Shown one piece after another: positions 37,917 through 47,256 of a DNA stretch of 64,000 bases. Numbering within the stretch: position 1 is the stretch's first letter; each line of letters opens with the position of its first letter. The DNA comes from an uncultured Actinomycetota bacterium (GTDB lineage Bacteria; Actinomycetota; Actinomycetes; Mycobacteriales; Pseudonocardiaceae), in NCBI GenBank assembly GCA_963840275.1, contig CAWIYK010000006.1, positions 193,075 through 257,074 on the forward strand, read 5' to 3'. The position numbers and the translations under genes are program-made. The notes below the pieces were generated by a model. That model was not told where the DNA came from. It did not search any database and saw only the letters and a program-made list of their open reading frames with translations.

Positions 37917-38309
37917 CTATGGCTGTCGGTAACCGTCCGGCGGAGCCGCCGGCTGCTGGCGCGGCTGGACGTACTGCTGGGGCTGGGCGCTGGGCCCGGA
38001 CGGCACGTAGTCGGTCGGTCGTCGGGTGATCACCTCGGACTCCGGCACCGGGGGCTCGGCCGCCGGACCGGCGAGCCGGTCGTTGCTGCGTCCACGCCGA
38101 ATCAGACCGACGAGGCCGACAAGGCCGAGCAGCCCGAGCAGACCCCACAGGCCGTGGTCGTCGCCTCGATCCTGGTCGTCGTCGTTCTGCTGCTGAACTA
38201 CGGCCGTGTTGGCCACGGCCGGGGACTCACTGGCCATCGCGGTGGGCCCGGCGGTCACCGTCGCGACGACGGCCGCGACCATGACGCCGTACCGAACTAC
38301 ACGCTTCAT
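37917..38309 (-). CDS. Small secreted or membrane-anchored protein with a WGLLGLLGLVGLVGL motif
   Basis: It has a signal peptide MKRVVRYGVMVAAVVATVTAGPTAMA, an acidic stretch, a Gly/Leu TM segment followed by RRGR, and a Pro/Gln-rich tail. Confidence 0.6.
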   Translation of the reverse strand: MKRVVRYGVMVAAVVATVTAGPTAMASESPAVANTAVVQQQNDDDQDRGDDHGLWGLLGLLGLVGLVGLIRRGRSNDRLAGPAAEPPVPESEVITRRPTDYVPSGPSAQPQQYVQPRQQPAAPPDGYRQP

Positions 38310-38472
38310 CTTCTGCTCCGATCACTCGGCGAATCTGGTGAGTTCGGTGAGTTCCCGGGAACATGGCGTCCGAAATGACGAGACAGCTGTATTCACCTGA
38401 TCTGATGGACGCCGCGTCCGTGGCGTGTTCCGTCGAAACCGGGGTATCCACGCCCCGACGGAAGAAGGAGCC

Positions 38473-38682
38473 ATGCCTGTAGACGACGAGGACACAGCAC
38501 GCCGCACGCCGGTCGAGCACCGCGAGGAGCACCTCGCGGGCGAGGTCGGAGTGGGTACCGACGGCAGCCTGCACAGCGCCCACGAGGTGCCGGACGACGA
38601 CGAACGCGAAGGCTACGGAGTCGGCACCGACGGCAGCCTCGGGGAGCACGTCGAGCGGCGGGTCACACGCGACCCCGAGTAG
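38473..38682 (+). CDS. Small acidic hypothetical protein with an internal GVGTDGSL repeat
   Basis: ATG 38473 is preceded by GAAGGAG. The 69-aa product contains GVGTDGSL twice. There is no other support. Confidence 0.35.
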   Translation: MPVDDEDTARRTPVEHREEHLAGEVGVGTDGSLHSAHEVPDDDEREGYGVGTDGSLGEHVERRVTRDPE

Positions 38683-38736
38683 CGACCACGTGACGGCCGT
38701 GGCGCGGGTGCGCCACGGCCGCCGCGCGTGACGCGG

Positions 38737-39177
38737 TCAGGCAGTGCGCCGGGCGCGGTTGCCGCGCAGGGCGACGCCGAGGCCGATCATGCCGACGGCG
38801 AGGAGGAGGTGCAGCCAGTTGTCGGCGGTGTTGAGCGGGACGAAGTTGGCCGGGCTGTCGAGGTCGATCAGGAGTCCGTACAGCCACAGCACCGCGTAGA
38901 CGACGCCGCCGCCGATGAGGAAGTTGGTCGCTCCCTTGGCGGTGCGGGCGAGCGCCAGGCCCACGATGCCGAACAAAAGGTGCACGACATTGTGCAGGAT
39001 GGAAACGTGGAACACGCCGAGCAGCATGGCGGTCGACTCGTGCCCGGCGAACGTCATTCCGTCATATTCGGTGGTGACACCGGGAATGAACCCGAGCACG
39101 CCGACAAGTAGGAACACGGCCGCGACGACGGTGGCCGCCAGCTGAACTGGATGTCTCGTACCCACGGTATTAGCCAT
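38737..39177 (-). CDS. DUF4383-like small membrane protein
   Basis: 146 aa with four TM helices: LAATVVAAVFLLVGVLGFIPG ... HNVVHLLFGIVGLALA ... NWLHLLLAVGMIGLG. Confidence 0.7.
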   Translation of the reverse strand: MANTVGTRHPVQLAATVVAAVFLLVGVLGFIPGVTTEYDGMTFAGHESTAMLLGVFHVSILHNVVHLLFGIVGLALARTAKGATNFLIGGGVVYAVLWLYGLLIDLDSPANFVPLNTADNWLHLLLAVGMIGLGVALRGNRARRTA

Positions 39178-39282
39178 GATTGGCCCTCCCAGAACTTTTC
39201 GTTGGCTGACGTGCAGTACCCGACGGCGCGACACCCAATCCTCTTGGCTCTGCGTGCCGAGGTTGATCGGTACGGTCGAGTC

Positions 39283-40449
39283 ATGACGGAACAGGAGTGG
39301 CTGCGCGCCTACACGGTGCTGATCCTGCGTCTGGACCGCAGGCTGGCCGACGCCGGCTGGGGTTGGATGTTGGACTACTTCGGGCCGGAGGAGTGGCGTG
39401 CGCAGATCACCGATGAGGAGCCGCGGCCGGCCGGGCGACTCGTCGACGACGCCGACGAGTTGGCGGCGGACCTGCCGTTCGACGAGCCGCGTCGCACCTA
39501 CCTCGCCGCGCATGTGCGGGCGCTCCGGGCGATCGCAGGCCAGGACGGCGGCGCTCGCACCGCAATGCCCGAACTTATCCGCGAATGCCTCGGTATCGAG
39601 GTCGACATGGTGGCGGAGACAGTGTTCGAGCAGGCGCACGACGAGCTGGACCGGGCATTGCCGAAGACAGCGGGCTCGCTCGCCGACCGGCTGCGGGACT
39701 GGCGCGCCGCGCACGCGCTCCCACGCGAGCAGCTCGACCAGCTCCCCGGCCTCGTCGCCCTCGCGGTCGCCGAGTGCCGGGCGCGCACGCACGAGCGGAT
39801 CGTGCCGCTGCCCGACGGCGAACGCGTCGGCTGCGAACTGGTTCCCGGCGTCGGCTTCGTCGGGGTCGGCGCCCACCACGGCGGCCTGGGCTCCACCATC
39901 CTGCTCAACGGCGACCGCCCGTTCACCCTCGCCGACCTGCTCTACGTCGTCGCGCACGAAGGCCATCCGGGGCACATCGCCGAGCAGGTGCTCAAGGAGA
40001 TCCACCTGTCCGACCGCGGCCGGCCCGAGCAGAAGGTGCGGTTCGCCCCGGCGCCGCCGTTCGTGCTCAGCGAAGGACTCGCCCTGCACGCGCAAGCCCT
40101 CCTCTTCCCCGGCGACGAGGCACAGGCCTGGCTCACCGACAACATCCTCACCCCACGGGGAATCCGACCCGACGGCAGCGACTTCGCCGCCATCCACCGC
40201 GCTCGCAACGCGCTGTTCGGCGTGCAGCACAACGCCGTGCTCCTCCTCGACCGAGGCCGCGAGGACACGGAGGTCACCGACTACCTGGCGCGGTGGGGCC
40301 TGATCGAGGAACCCAGCACGAACGGACTCGACCACCCGTACCTCTCCGCCTACTACCACGGCTGGCAACTGCTCGACGGCCGGTTGGACTCCCCGGACCT
40401 CGCCCGCCGGCTGCTCACCGAACAGGTCCTACCCGCCGACCTGGGCTGA
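39283..40449 (+). CDS. Hypothetical protein with an HEGHPGH..Q motif (DUF885-like putative metallohydrolase)
   Basis: ATG 39283 opens MTEQEWLRAY. The motif VVAHEGHPGHIAEQ resembles the HExxPGHxxQ signature I recall for DUF885. The protein is shorter than typical family members. Confidence 0.5.
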   Translation: MTEQEWLRAYTVLILRLDRRLADAGWGWMLDYFGPEEWRAQITDEEPRPAGRLVDDADELAADLPFDEPRRTYLAAHVRALRAIAGQDGGARTAMPELIRECLGIEVDMVAETVFEQAHDELDRALPKTAGSLADRLRDWRAAHALPREQLDQLPGLVALAVAECRARTHERIVPLPDGERVGCELVPGVGFVGVGAHHGGLGSTILLNGDRPFTLADLLYVVAHEGHPGHIAEQVLKEIHLSDRGRPEQKVRFAPAPPFVLSEGLALHAQALLFPGDEAQAWLTDNILTPRGIRPDGSDFAAIHRARNALFGVQHNAVLLLDRGREDTEVTDYLARWGLIEEPSTNGLDHPYLSAYYHGWQLLDGRLDSPDLARRLLTEQVLPADLG

Positions 40450-40505
40450 GGCAGCACGCGCGGTTTTCACCACGGCACCATCACGCTGACCGCGTAGGCG
40501 ACTGA

Positions 40506-41183
40506 TCAGACCGGGCGGGCCAGTTCGATGCCGATCTTCCCGCCTATTCGCAACGCCGTCGTGCGGGTCGGTTCCACGGCGAAGCCGGCCGAGGCGATCA
40601 GTTGTGACACGGCGTCGCCGACGTTGTCCCGTACCTGTTCGCGCATTTGATCGCGCATGCCGCGCCGGCGCCCGCCGCCGGGTCCGTGGCCGTGATGGTC
40701 GTCGACCACCGGGTCGGCCAGGATCAACATGCCGTCGGGCCGCAGCACCCGACGCACCTCGGCGAGCAGCGGGCCCTTCGACGTGTTGTCCAGGTGGTGC
40801 AGCATCAGGCTGGAGAAGACCCGGTCGAACGAGTCGTCGGGATAGGGCAGGTCCTGGGCGAACCCGCGGTCCAGCCGCATGTCGAGACCGGCCCGCCGCG
40901 CCTTCCGCCGGGCACGGGCCAGCGCCTTCTGGTCCGGGTCCAGACCGACGAGCTCGACCTCGGGGTACAGCTTGCCGGTCGCACGCAACAGATTCCCGGT
41001 GCAGCACCCGACGTCCAGCACGCGCTGTCCGTCCCGCAGCCCGGCCAGCGTGATCATCTCCCGGTGGACCCGGCGCAGCCCGAACACGTGGTGCACGACG
41101 TCGTAGAGGGGCGTCAGGAAGTGCTTGCCCAGGCCCGGTATGTACTCCCGCTCGGTACCCGACTGAGACATTCTTTCGGTCAT
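40506..41183 (-). CDS. Class I SAM-dependent methyltransferase
   Basis: Starts MTERMSQ (cat at 41181-41183). Motif I is VLDVGCCTGNL, motif II is VGLDPD, and there is a post-I region FDRVFSSLMLHHL. Confidence 0.85.
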   Translation of the reverse strand: MTERMSQSGTEREYIPGLGKHFLTPLYDVVHHVFGLRRVHREMITLAGLRDGQRVLDVGCCTGNLLRATGKLYPEVELVGLDPDQKALARARRKARRAGLDMRLDRGFAQDLPYPDDSFDRVFSSLMLHHLDNTSKGPLLAEVRRVLRPDGMLILADPVVDDHHGHGPGGGRRRGMRDQMREQVRDNVGDAVSQLIASAGFAVEPTRTTALRIGGKIGIELARPV

Positions 41184-41252
41184 ACTGCATTCTGGCCGCA
41201 GCTGGACCTGCGGACATGTACCGATCCGCCGCACTAGTGGGACGATTCGACG

Positions 41253-42188
41253 ATGAGAACCGCGCGACGGGCACCGGGCCGGGACCGACCGGCGACCTAC
41301 TCGATGCTGCCGACGCCCGGCGAACTGCCGGTGTCGACCTGGCGGCTCGACCACGGCTGGAAGGCCAACGGCTCCTTCGAGGAACACGCGCACGACTTCC
41401 CCGGCCTGGCGTACTTCCAGACCACCGGCGGGCTGCTGCGCACCGGCAACCGGGCCTGGCCGATCGAGGCCGGCGACCTGTTCGTGATCGCGCCCGGTGA
41501 CGTGATGGGCAGCATCGACGCCGCCGATCTGGCCGGCACCAACGGTTGGGGCGTGTTCTTCACCGCGGACGCGCTCGGCCCGGACGTCCCCGGCGCCCAC
41601 CTTGCCTGGCGCACCCACCCGCTGCTGTTCCCGTTCGTGCGTGGCGGGGCGATCGGCGCACTGCGGCTGCGGGTGCCCGAAACAGAACGGACCGAGTGGT
41701 CCACCCGGATCCACGCGCTGCACGACGAACTGGCGCGGCGCCGGGACGGCTACCGGGAGGCGGCGCTGGCCCACCTGGTGCTGCTGCTGGTCGGCGTGTC
41801 CCGGCTGGCCGCCGACGTGGTGGGCGACCTGCGCGAGAACCGGGAACCGCTGCTCGCCGAGGTGTTCGAGGTCATCGAGCGCCGCTACCCGCACCCGCTG
41901 TCCCTGCGCGACGTGGCCGCCGCGGTGAACATCTCCCCGGGACACCTCACCTCGACGGTCCGCAGACAGACCGGCCGCACCGTGCAGCAGTGGATCACCG
42001 AGCGGCGCATGGTCCAAGCCCGGCGCCTGCTCGCCGCGACCGAACTACCGGTCGGCGAGGTGGGCAGACGGGTGGGCTTTCCGGACGCCGGTTACTTCGC
42101 GCGCACCTTCGGCAGAGTCCACAGCATGAGCCCGGCCCGGTGGCGACAGGCCGGCGCGGGCGAATCCGGCCCGGGTTCAGGTGAGTGA
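41253..42188 (+). CDS. AraC-family transcriptional regulator (cupin sensor plus dual HTH)
   Basis: It has an N-terminal cupin (HAHDFPGLAYF...GDLFVIAPGD). The C-terminal AraC HTH reads LSLRDVAAAVNISPGHLTSTVRRQTGRTVQQWITERRMVQARRLL...VGFPDAGYFARTF. Confidence 0.85.
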   Translation: MRTARRAPGRDRPATYSMLPTPGELPVSTWRLDHGWKANGSFEEHAHDFPGLAYFQTTGGLLRTGNRAWPIEAGDLFVIAPGDVMGSIDAADLAGTNGWGVFFTADALGPDVPGAHLAWRTHPLLFPFVRGGAIGALRLRVPETERTEWSTRIHALHDELARRRDGYREAALAHLVLLLVGVSRLAADVVGDLRENREPLLAEVFEVIERRYPHPLSLRDVAAAVNISPGHLTSTVRRQTGRTVQQWITERRMVQARRLLAATELPVGEVGRRVGFPDAGYFARTFGRVHSMSPARWRQAGAGESGPGSGE

Positions 42189-42229
42189 TAACGCGCATTC
42201 AAAGTCGTCGGCTCTGTATCGTCGATGAC

Positions 42230-42814
42230 ATGTCGTCGACACCTCCTCAAGCGTCCATCGAGCAGTTCGATGGTCCACTGGCGGAGTTTTCCGCGCTCCG
42301 CGACGAGATTCAGGAACGGGTCAAGGCGCAGCAACACATGCTTTCGCTCCAACTGACGCTCGCCAGCGCGGTGTTCGGATTTGCGATCTCACGGTCCGGA
42401 ATGACGGCCCTTCTGTTGATCGTTCCTTTCAGCTCGTATCTCCTGTGCGGAAGACTGGTGGCACACCACTTCGGCACCTTGCGGGTGGCGGAGTACATCA
42501 AGGAGGAGCTGAGCACGCGAGTGCCGGGCGGGTTACGTTGGGAGCAATGGCTGGAAAGGCGACAGAACAGGCGCCCCCATCTCCTGGGATCGACATTGCC
42601 CCTGCTGCTCACCTTCGTTGGCGCAAGCCTGCTGGCGCTGGCGTGGACCATCGGATATGTCTTTGTTCGCGACGACGTGCCGACATTTCCCCGTATCGGT
42701 CTCGCGTCCCTGTGGATCCTCGGTCTGGCCGCCACCGGGCTGTCCACCATGCTCGTCCTGCAGATGGCTGACCGACTCCCGGTAAGCAGTTGGAACCAAA
42801 CCGGGTTGTCGTGA
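42230..42814 (+). CDS. Hypothetical 4-TM membrane protein, lower-GC gene
   Basis: ATG 42230 opens an N-terminal amphipathic helix (EFSALRDEIQERVKAQQHML) followed by two TM hairpins. The gene is visibly poorer in GC than its neighbours. Confidence 0.5.
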   Translation: MSSTPPQASIEQFDGPLAEFSALRDEIQERVKAQQHMLSLQLTLASAVFGFAISRSGMTALLLIVPFSSYLLCGRLVAHHFGTLRVAEYIKEELSTRVPGGLRWEQWLERRQNRRPHLLGSTLPLLLTFVGASLLALAWTIGYVFVRDDVPTFPRIGLASLWILGLAATGLSTMLVLQMADRLPVSSWNQTGLS

Positions 42815-42869
42815 CCGCACGCTGGTAGCGTGGCCGGTCGTCGTGAAGTTTGGCCAGGGGTGGGGCAAA

Positions 42870-43841
42870 ATGCGCGGTGCCACAATTGATTTCACGACCG
42901 GTGCGCCCGTCACCGGCGCGCTGCCCGTGCGGTGGAACCACGGCTCCCGGTCGGTTCGGTACAACACCGACCCGCCCATCCAGGTGCACGCGTACGACGA
43001 GCACACCTTCGTGCTCCGGCAGAACAAGGCCGTGCACTACGAAGCACCGTTCCTCTACCTGTTCTGCGGCAACGACCGGGCGCTGCTCCTCGACACGGGC
43101 GCGACCGCGAACCCGGACCGCTTTCCCTTGCGGGACACCGTGGACGCCCTGCTTCGGAGCTGGCTGGCCGAGCACCCGCGAGCCGACTACGAGCTGGTCG
43201 TCGCGCACACGCACGGGCATTCCGACCACGTCGCCGGCGATGCCCAGTTCGACGGCCGCCCACACACCACCGTGGTGTCCGCGGACCTCGCCGCCGTCCG
43301 GTCGTTCTTCGGCATCGCCGACTGGCCGGCCGACATCGTGCGACTCGACCTCGGCGGCCGGGTGCTGGAGGTCACCGGCTGCCCCGGCCATCACAAGGCG
43401 TCCATCGCGGTCCACGACCCGTGGACCGGTTTCCTGGTCACCGGCGACACCGTGTACCCGGGCCGGCTCTACGTGAACGACATCGCCGCCTTCCAGGACA
43501 GCCTGGACCGACTGGTCGCGTTCACCCGGAGCCGACCGGTCACCCACGTCATGGGGTGCCACATCGAGATGAGCCGCCGCCCCGGGCACGACTACCCGAT
43601 CGGCGCCACCTTCCAGCCGGACGAACCGCCGCTGCAGCTGACCGTGGCGCGGCTGACCGCGATTCGGGACGCCGCCAACGCGGTCGCCGACCGGCCCGGG
43701 GCGCACGCCTTCAACGACTTCGTCGTCTTTCACGGCCCGTGCCGGCAGGACATGCGCAGACATGCGGCCAGGAGATGGTGGAGCGGACTGCGAAGCCGCA
43801 TCGCCGACTACGGCCACGCCCTCGACCCACGACGAGGCTGA
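42870..43841 (+). CDS. Metallo-beta-lactamase-fold hydrolase
   Basis: It carries the HxHxDH motif AHTHGHSDHVAG, plus GCPGHHKAS and LVTGDTVYPG. Confidence 0.8.
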   Translation: MRGATIDFTTGAPVTGALPVRWNHGSRSVRYNTDPPIQVHAYDEHTFVLRQNKAVHYEAPFLYLFCGNDRALLLDTGATANPDRFPLRDTVDALLRSWLAEHPRADYELVVAHTHGHSDHVAGDAQFDGRPHTTVVSADLAAVRSFFGIADWPADIVRLDLGGRVLEVTGCPGHHKASIAVHDPWTGFLVTGDTVYPGRLYVNDIAAFQDSLDRLVAFTRSRPVTHVMGCHIEMSRRPGHDYPIGATFQPDEPPLQLTVARLTAIRDAANAVADRPGAHAFNDFVVFHGPCRQDMRRHAARRWWSGLRSRIADYGHALDPRRG

Positions 43842-43848
43842 GCAAGGC

Positions 43849-44232
43849 TCAGCCGACACCGACCGTCTGTCGCTCGGGCTCGATCAGGACCACGATGCGC
43901 TCGTGCTCCCGGGGGTAGGGCGCACCGGTGTACTTCATGGCCAGCCGGTCGATGATCTCCCACGCCGCGTCGCCCTCGACCCATTCGACGACCCGCCCAC
44001 GGACGGCAACAGGCTCGAACGGGTTGTCGACGGGCACGATCGACAGCGCTATCCGAGGGTCGCGGCGCAGGTTGCGTGCCTTGCGCGTGCCAGGACCGGT
44101 GAAGAAGACGATCCGGTCGCCGTGCGCGCCGACGAACACGGGAACGGTGTGGGGCGAGCCGTCCGGGAGGACGGTGGCGAGGTGCGCGAACGAGGCGCCG
44201 TCGAGTACGCGACGCACGTCGGGGTCAAGCAT
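43849..44232 (-). CDS. PPOX-class (probably F420-dependent) split-barrel protein
   Basis: 127 aa reading MLDPDVRRVLDGASFAHLATVLPDGSPHTVPVFVGAHGDRIVFFTGPGTRKARNLRRDPRIALSI. An 8-bp hairpin (43836-43854) spans the two convergent stop codons. Confidence 0.8.
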   Translation of the reverse strand: MLDPDVRRVLDGASFAHLATVLPDGSPHTVPVFVGAHGDRIVFFTGPGTRKARNLRRDPRIALSIVPVDNPFEPVAVRGRVVEWVEGDAAWEIIDRLAMKYTGAPYPREHERIVVLIEPERQTVGVG

Positions 44233-44800
44233 GTGTGCTCCTTCAGCGGGGGGTTGTCGGCACGCCACGCGACGTAGTCGGCGACCGCCGCGGCGACGTC
44301 GAAGGTCGGCGCGAAGCCAGTGTCGTGGGTCAGCCGGGTGATGTCGAGGTACGGGTCGGCGCCCGGGCCGTTCTGGCCGGCCGCTGGACACCGCGAGGCT
44401 GTGCGTGGTGAGTGGCTCGACGGCCTTCTTGAAGGCGACGATCAGGTGCGGCAGCGCCGCGGTGGGCAGCGCGAGTTCCTCGCGGGCAGCGTCGAGCGCG
44501 TTGAGCAGACCTGCTGTGTCCGTACGGAAGTAGCGGACCGGGTCCTCGTCGGGGATGCTGCCGGCGAGGTGCACGATGTCGCTGATGTCGCTGATGTCGT
44601 GACGCTCGCCTGGCCAGAAAGGCGTCCCGGTCGGTGACGTCGAGGGACTCCACGGCGACCCGGCCGGCGATGAACGACGGGACCTCGGCCCGCCGGTGCG
44701 AGGTGACGACCACCTCGTGTCCGAGGTCGAGGAGCGCGCGGACGGTGTGGCGCCGATCATGCCCAACCCTCCGGTGACGAGGATCGTCGGACCACCTCGT
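44233..44800 (-). pseudogene. Decayed NAD-dependent epimerase/dehydratase (frameshifted and internally deleted)
   Basis: The fragments lie in different frames. They are [12 protein letters not shown] (Rossmann GxxGxxG); [45 protein letters not shown]; [33 protein letters not shown]; and [36 protein letters not shown]. The catalytic S...YxxxK segment is missing. The boundaries are approximate. Confidence 0.5.
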
Positions 44801-44935
44801 CGACGAGGTCCTTCAGCGTGAACCCGTCGAACACCTGGCTCGGCGTGTCCCCGTCCATGTACCAGTCGAGAACATGCCCGCGTCGCCGAGACCGCGGCCG
44901 AACTCCTCGTGCGTGTACCCGACACTATGGGGTGC

Positions 44936-45529
44936 ATGACGAGCGACATGGAGCGTTTCTGGGACTCGCAGGCGTCACGTTTCGACGAGGAGGCCGACCA
45001 CGGTCTGCGCGACCCCGAGGTTCGGGCACGCTGGCGCGAGGTGCTGCTGTCGGCGCTGCCGCCGGCGCCCGCGCGGATCGCCGATCTGGGGTGCGGCACG
45101 GGAAGTGTCACCGTGTTGTTGGCGGCCGAGGGCTACGAGGTCCAGGGCGTGGACCTGTCCGCGGCGATGGTGGCCGCCGCGGCGGCGAAGGCGGCCGAGG
45201 CAGGCGTGCGGGCGCAGGTCCGGCAGGGGGACGCCGCGTTCCCGCCGCTCGAGGCCGCCTCGTTCGACGTGGTCTTCGCCCGCCACGTGTTGTGGGCGTT
45301 GCCCGACCCGGAAGCCGTGGTGGGGCGCTGGATCCGGCTGCTGCGGCCGGGTGGGCGTCTCGTCCTGGTCGAGGGCCACTGGTTCACCGGTTCCGGGCTC
45401 TCCGCCGACCGGTGCCGAGAGCTGGTGGCGGCGCACCGCGGCGAGGTGGCCGTGCACGCCTTGGACGACCCCGGGCTGTGGGGAAAGCCCGTCACCGACG
45501 AGAGATACTTGCTCGTCAGCCGTTCCTGA
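44936..45529 (+). CDS. Class I SAM-dependent methyltransferase
   Basis: ATG 44936 opens MTSDMERFWD. Motif I is IADLGCGTGSVTVLLA. Also present: YEVQGVDLS, FDVVFARHVLWAL and LRPGGRLVLVEG. Confidence 0.85.
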   Translation: MTSDMERFWDSQASRFDEEADHGLRDPEVRARWREVLLSALPPAPARIADLGCGTGSVTVLLAAEGYEVQGVDLSAAMVAAAAAKAAEAGVRAQVRQGDAAFPPLEAASFDVVFARHVLWALPDPEAVVGRWIRLLRPGGRLVLVEGHWFTGSGLSADRCRELVAAHRGEVAVHALDDPGLWGKPVTDERYLLVSRS

Positions 45530-45541
45530 CCTTGGAGATGC

Positions 45542-45996
45542 CGTGACTGATCTTGCCCCCTTTGCCGACCTGGTGCCTCTCGATCACGGCCTGTGTGTGA
45601 TCAGCACGTTGCGGGGCGACGGCGGTGTCCAGTCGTCGGTGGTCAACGCCGGGGTTCTGGCACATCCGTTGCTGGATAGGCAGGTTGTCGGGTTCGTCGC
45701 CACCGGCGGCTCCCGCAAGCTGCGCAACCTGCGTGCCGAACGCCCGGACCACGATCGTCGCCAGGGCGGGCTGGCAATGGGCGACCGTCGAGGGCGACGC
45801 CGAGATCATCGGCCCGGACGACCCGCATCCCGGCCTCGACGGCGAAGCGATGAAACTGTTGCTGCGCGACATCTTCCGAGCCGCCGGCGGTACGCACGAC
45901 GACTGGGACGCCTACGACCGGGTGATGGCACAGGAACGGCGAGCAGCCGTCCTCGTCGTCCCCCGCCGCGTCTACACCAACCCGCAAACCTCCTGA
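45542..45996 (+). pseudogene. F420-dependent PPOX-class oxidoreductase (Rv1155-like) with a single frameshift
   Basis: The frame from GTG 45542 gives VTDLAPFADLVPLDHGLCVISTLRGDGGVQSSVVNAGVL...GGSRKLRNLRAERP. The sensible continuation TTIVARAGWQWATVEGDAEIIGPDDPH...RRAAVLVVPRRVYTNP lies in another frame from about 45755. Confidence 0.6.
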
Positions 45997-46010
45997 CCGG
46001 AGGCGGCGAC

Positions 46011-47066
46011 CTACGCCGCCAGGCTGATCAGGGTCGGGGCACCGTCCGTCGAGATCAGCAACTTGTCCGGCGCCCAGTTCAGCCGGGTGCCGTCCGCCGC
46101 GGTCATGTTCTCAGCGCTGTGCAGCTTGCGCGGCTCGCCGCCGGGCTCGGCCACCACGTTGAGCGTGCGGCGCAGGTCGAGGTAGGCGATGGCGTGGCCT
46201 TCCGGCGCCCAGGTCGGATACCCGACCTCACCGTCGGCCACCGGCACCGCGTTGCCGCCGTCGGTCGGCAACGCTCGAGCCGAGCCCCGCACGGGGCTGG
46301 TGTCGGCGTACCTGGCCATCGAGTCGATCAGCAGCCACTGCCCGTCGGGGGAGAACGACAGCGCCCTTCGGCCCTCGTACCTCATGCCGGGCAGCGCGGC
46401 TTTCGGTTCGCCACCAGCCTGATCTGCCAGCCACAGCTCGGGTTCCCGCGCGCCGCACGACCACGCGACGTGCTCGCTCGACCAGTCGAGCTCGGTCAGC
46501 TGTACCGCACCGCACGGGATGTCGCGGATCGGCGACACCGCGCCACCCCCGGCGGGCACCGACACCAGGTCGATGGTGTTCGAACCGATGTGGGCACGCG
46601 CGAACCGGATCGTCCTGCCGTCCGGCGACCACGACGGCAGCAGGTCGACATGTGTGTCCGGAGCCGGCTCGTTCAGGTCGAAGTCGTCTTCGAAGTCGTT
46701 GGTGAGATTGTGCAGTCGGCCCGACACCACGTCGAACACCCACAGGTCCGGCTCGCGGAACCTGTTCCAGAAGTCGTCGGTGAAAGCGAGCGTCCTGCCG
46801 TCGGGTGACCACTCGGCTCGGTCCAGGTCGGGGTCCACGTCCTCGCGGTCGATACACCGCTTCGCGGACCCGTCGAGAGCGGTGACGCAGGGCTCGCCGG
46901 ACAGCCACAGCAGACGGGTGCCGTCCGACGAGAGCCGGACCGGGCCCTCGGCGCGCAGCGGCGCGGTGTCGGTTACCCGCAGTGCCGTCACGTCGGGCTC
47001 AGCCGGTTCGGAAGAACAACCGAGAAGTGCGAGTCCGAGCGGGAGAACACAACACAGTCGCCACAC
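46011..47066 (-). CDS. Lipoprotein with TolB-like (PD40/WD40-like) beta-propeller repeats
   Basis: A GTG start opens VWRLCCVLPLGLALLGCSS (lipobox). Recurrent WSPDGRTLAF / WSPDGRTIRF / FSPDGQWLL motifs follow. Confidence 0.75.
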   Translation of the reverse strand: MWRLCCVLPLGLALLGCSSEPAEPDVTALRVTDTAPLRAEGPVRLSSDGTRLLWLSGEPCVTALDGSAKRCIDREDVDPDLDRAEWSPDGRTLAFTDDFWNRFREPDLWVFDVVSGRLHNLTNDFEDDFDLNEPAPDTHVDLLPSWSPDGRTIRFARAHIGSNTIDLVSVPAGGGAVSPIRDIPCGAVQLTELDWSSEHVAWSCGAREPELWLADQAGGEPKAALPGMRYEGRRALSFSPDGQWLLIDSMARYADTSPVRGSARALPTDGGNAVPVADGEVGYPTWAPEGHAIAYLDLRRTLNVVAEPGGEPRKLHSAENMTAADGTRLNWAPDKLLISTDGAPTLISLAA

Positions 47067-47256
47067 GTGCCGATGATGACAGCCGAGTAGTCGATGTCGC
47101 GGCGCTCGTCACCTTCCTGCCAGGTCACCGCCGCCGCGGCGACGCGATTCGTTCTCGAGTTACTTGCTGCCAGTGACCGAGCAATCACAGGTATACCTGG
47201 TCAGGTGCCTATGGGCGCTGGGGTCGGAGAAGAGATGATCAAGGGGAAGATCACAC

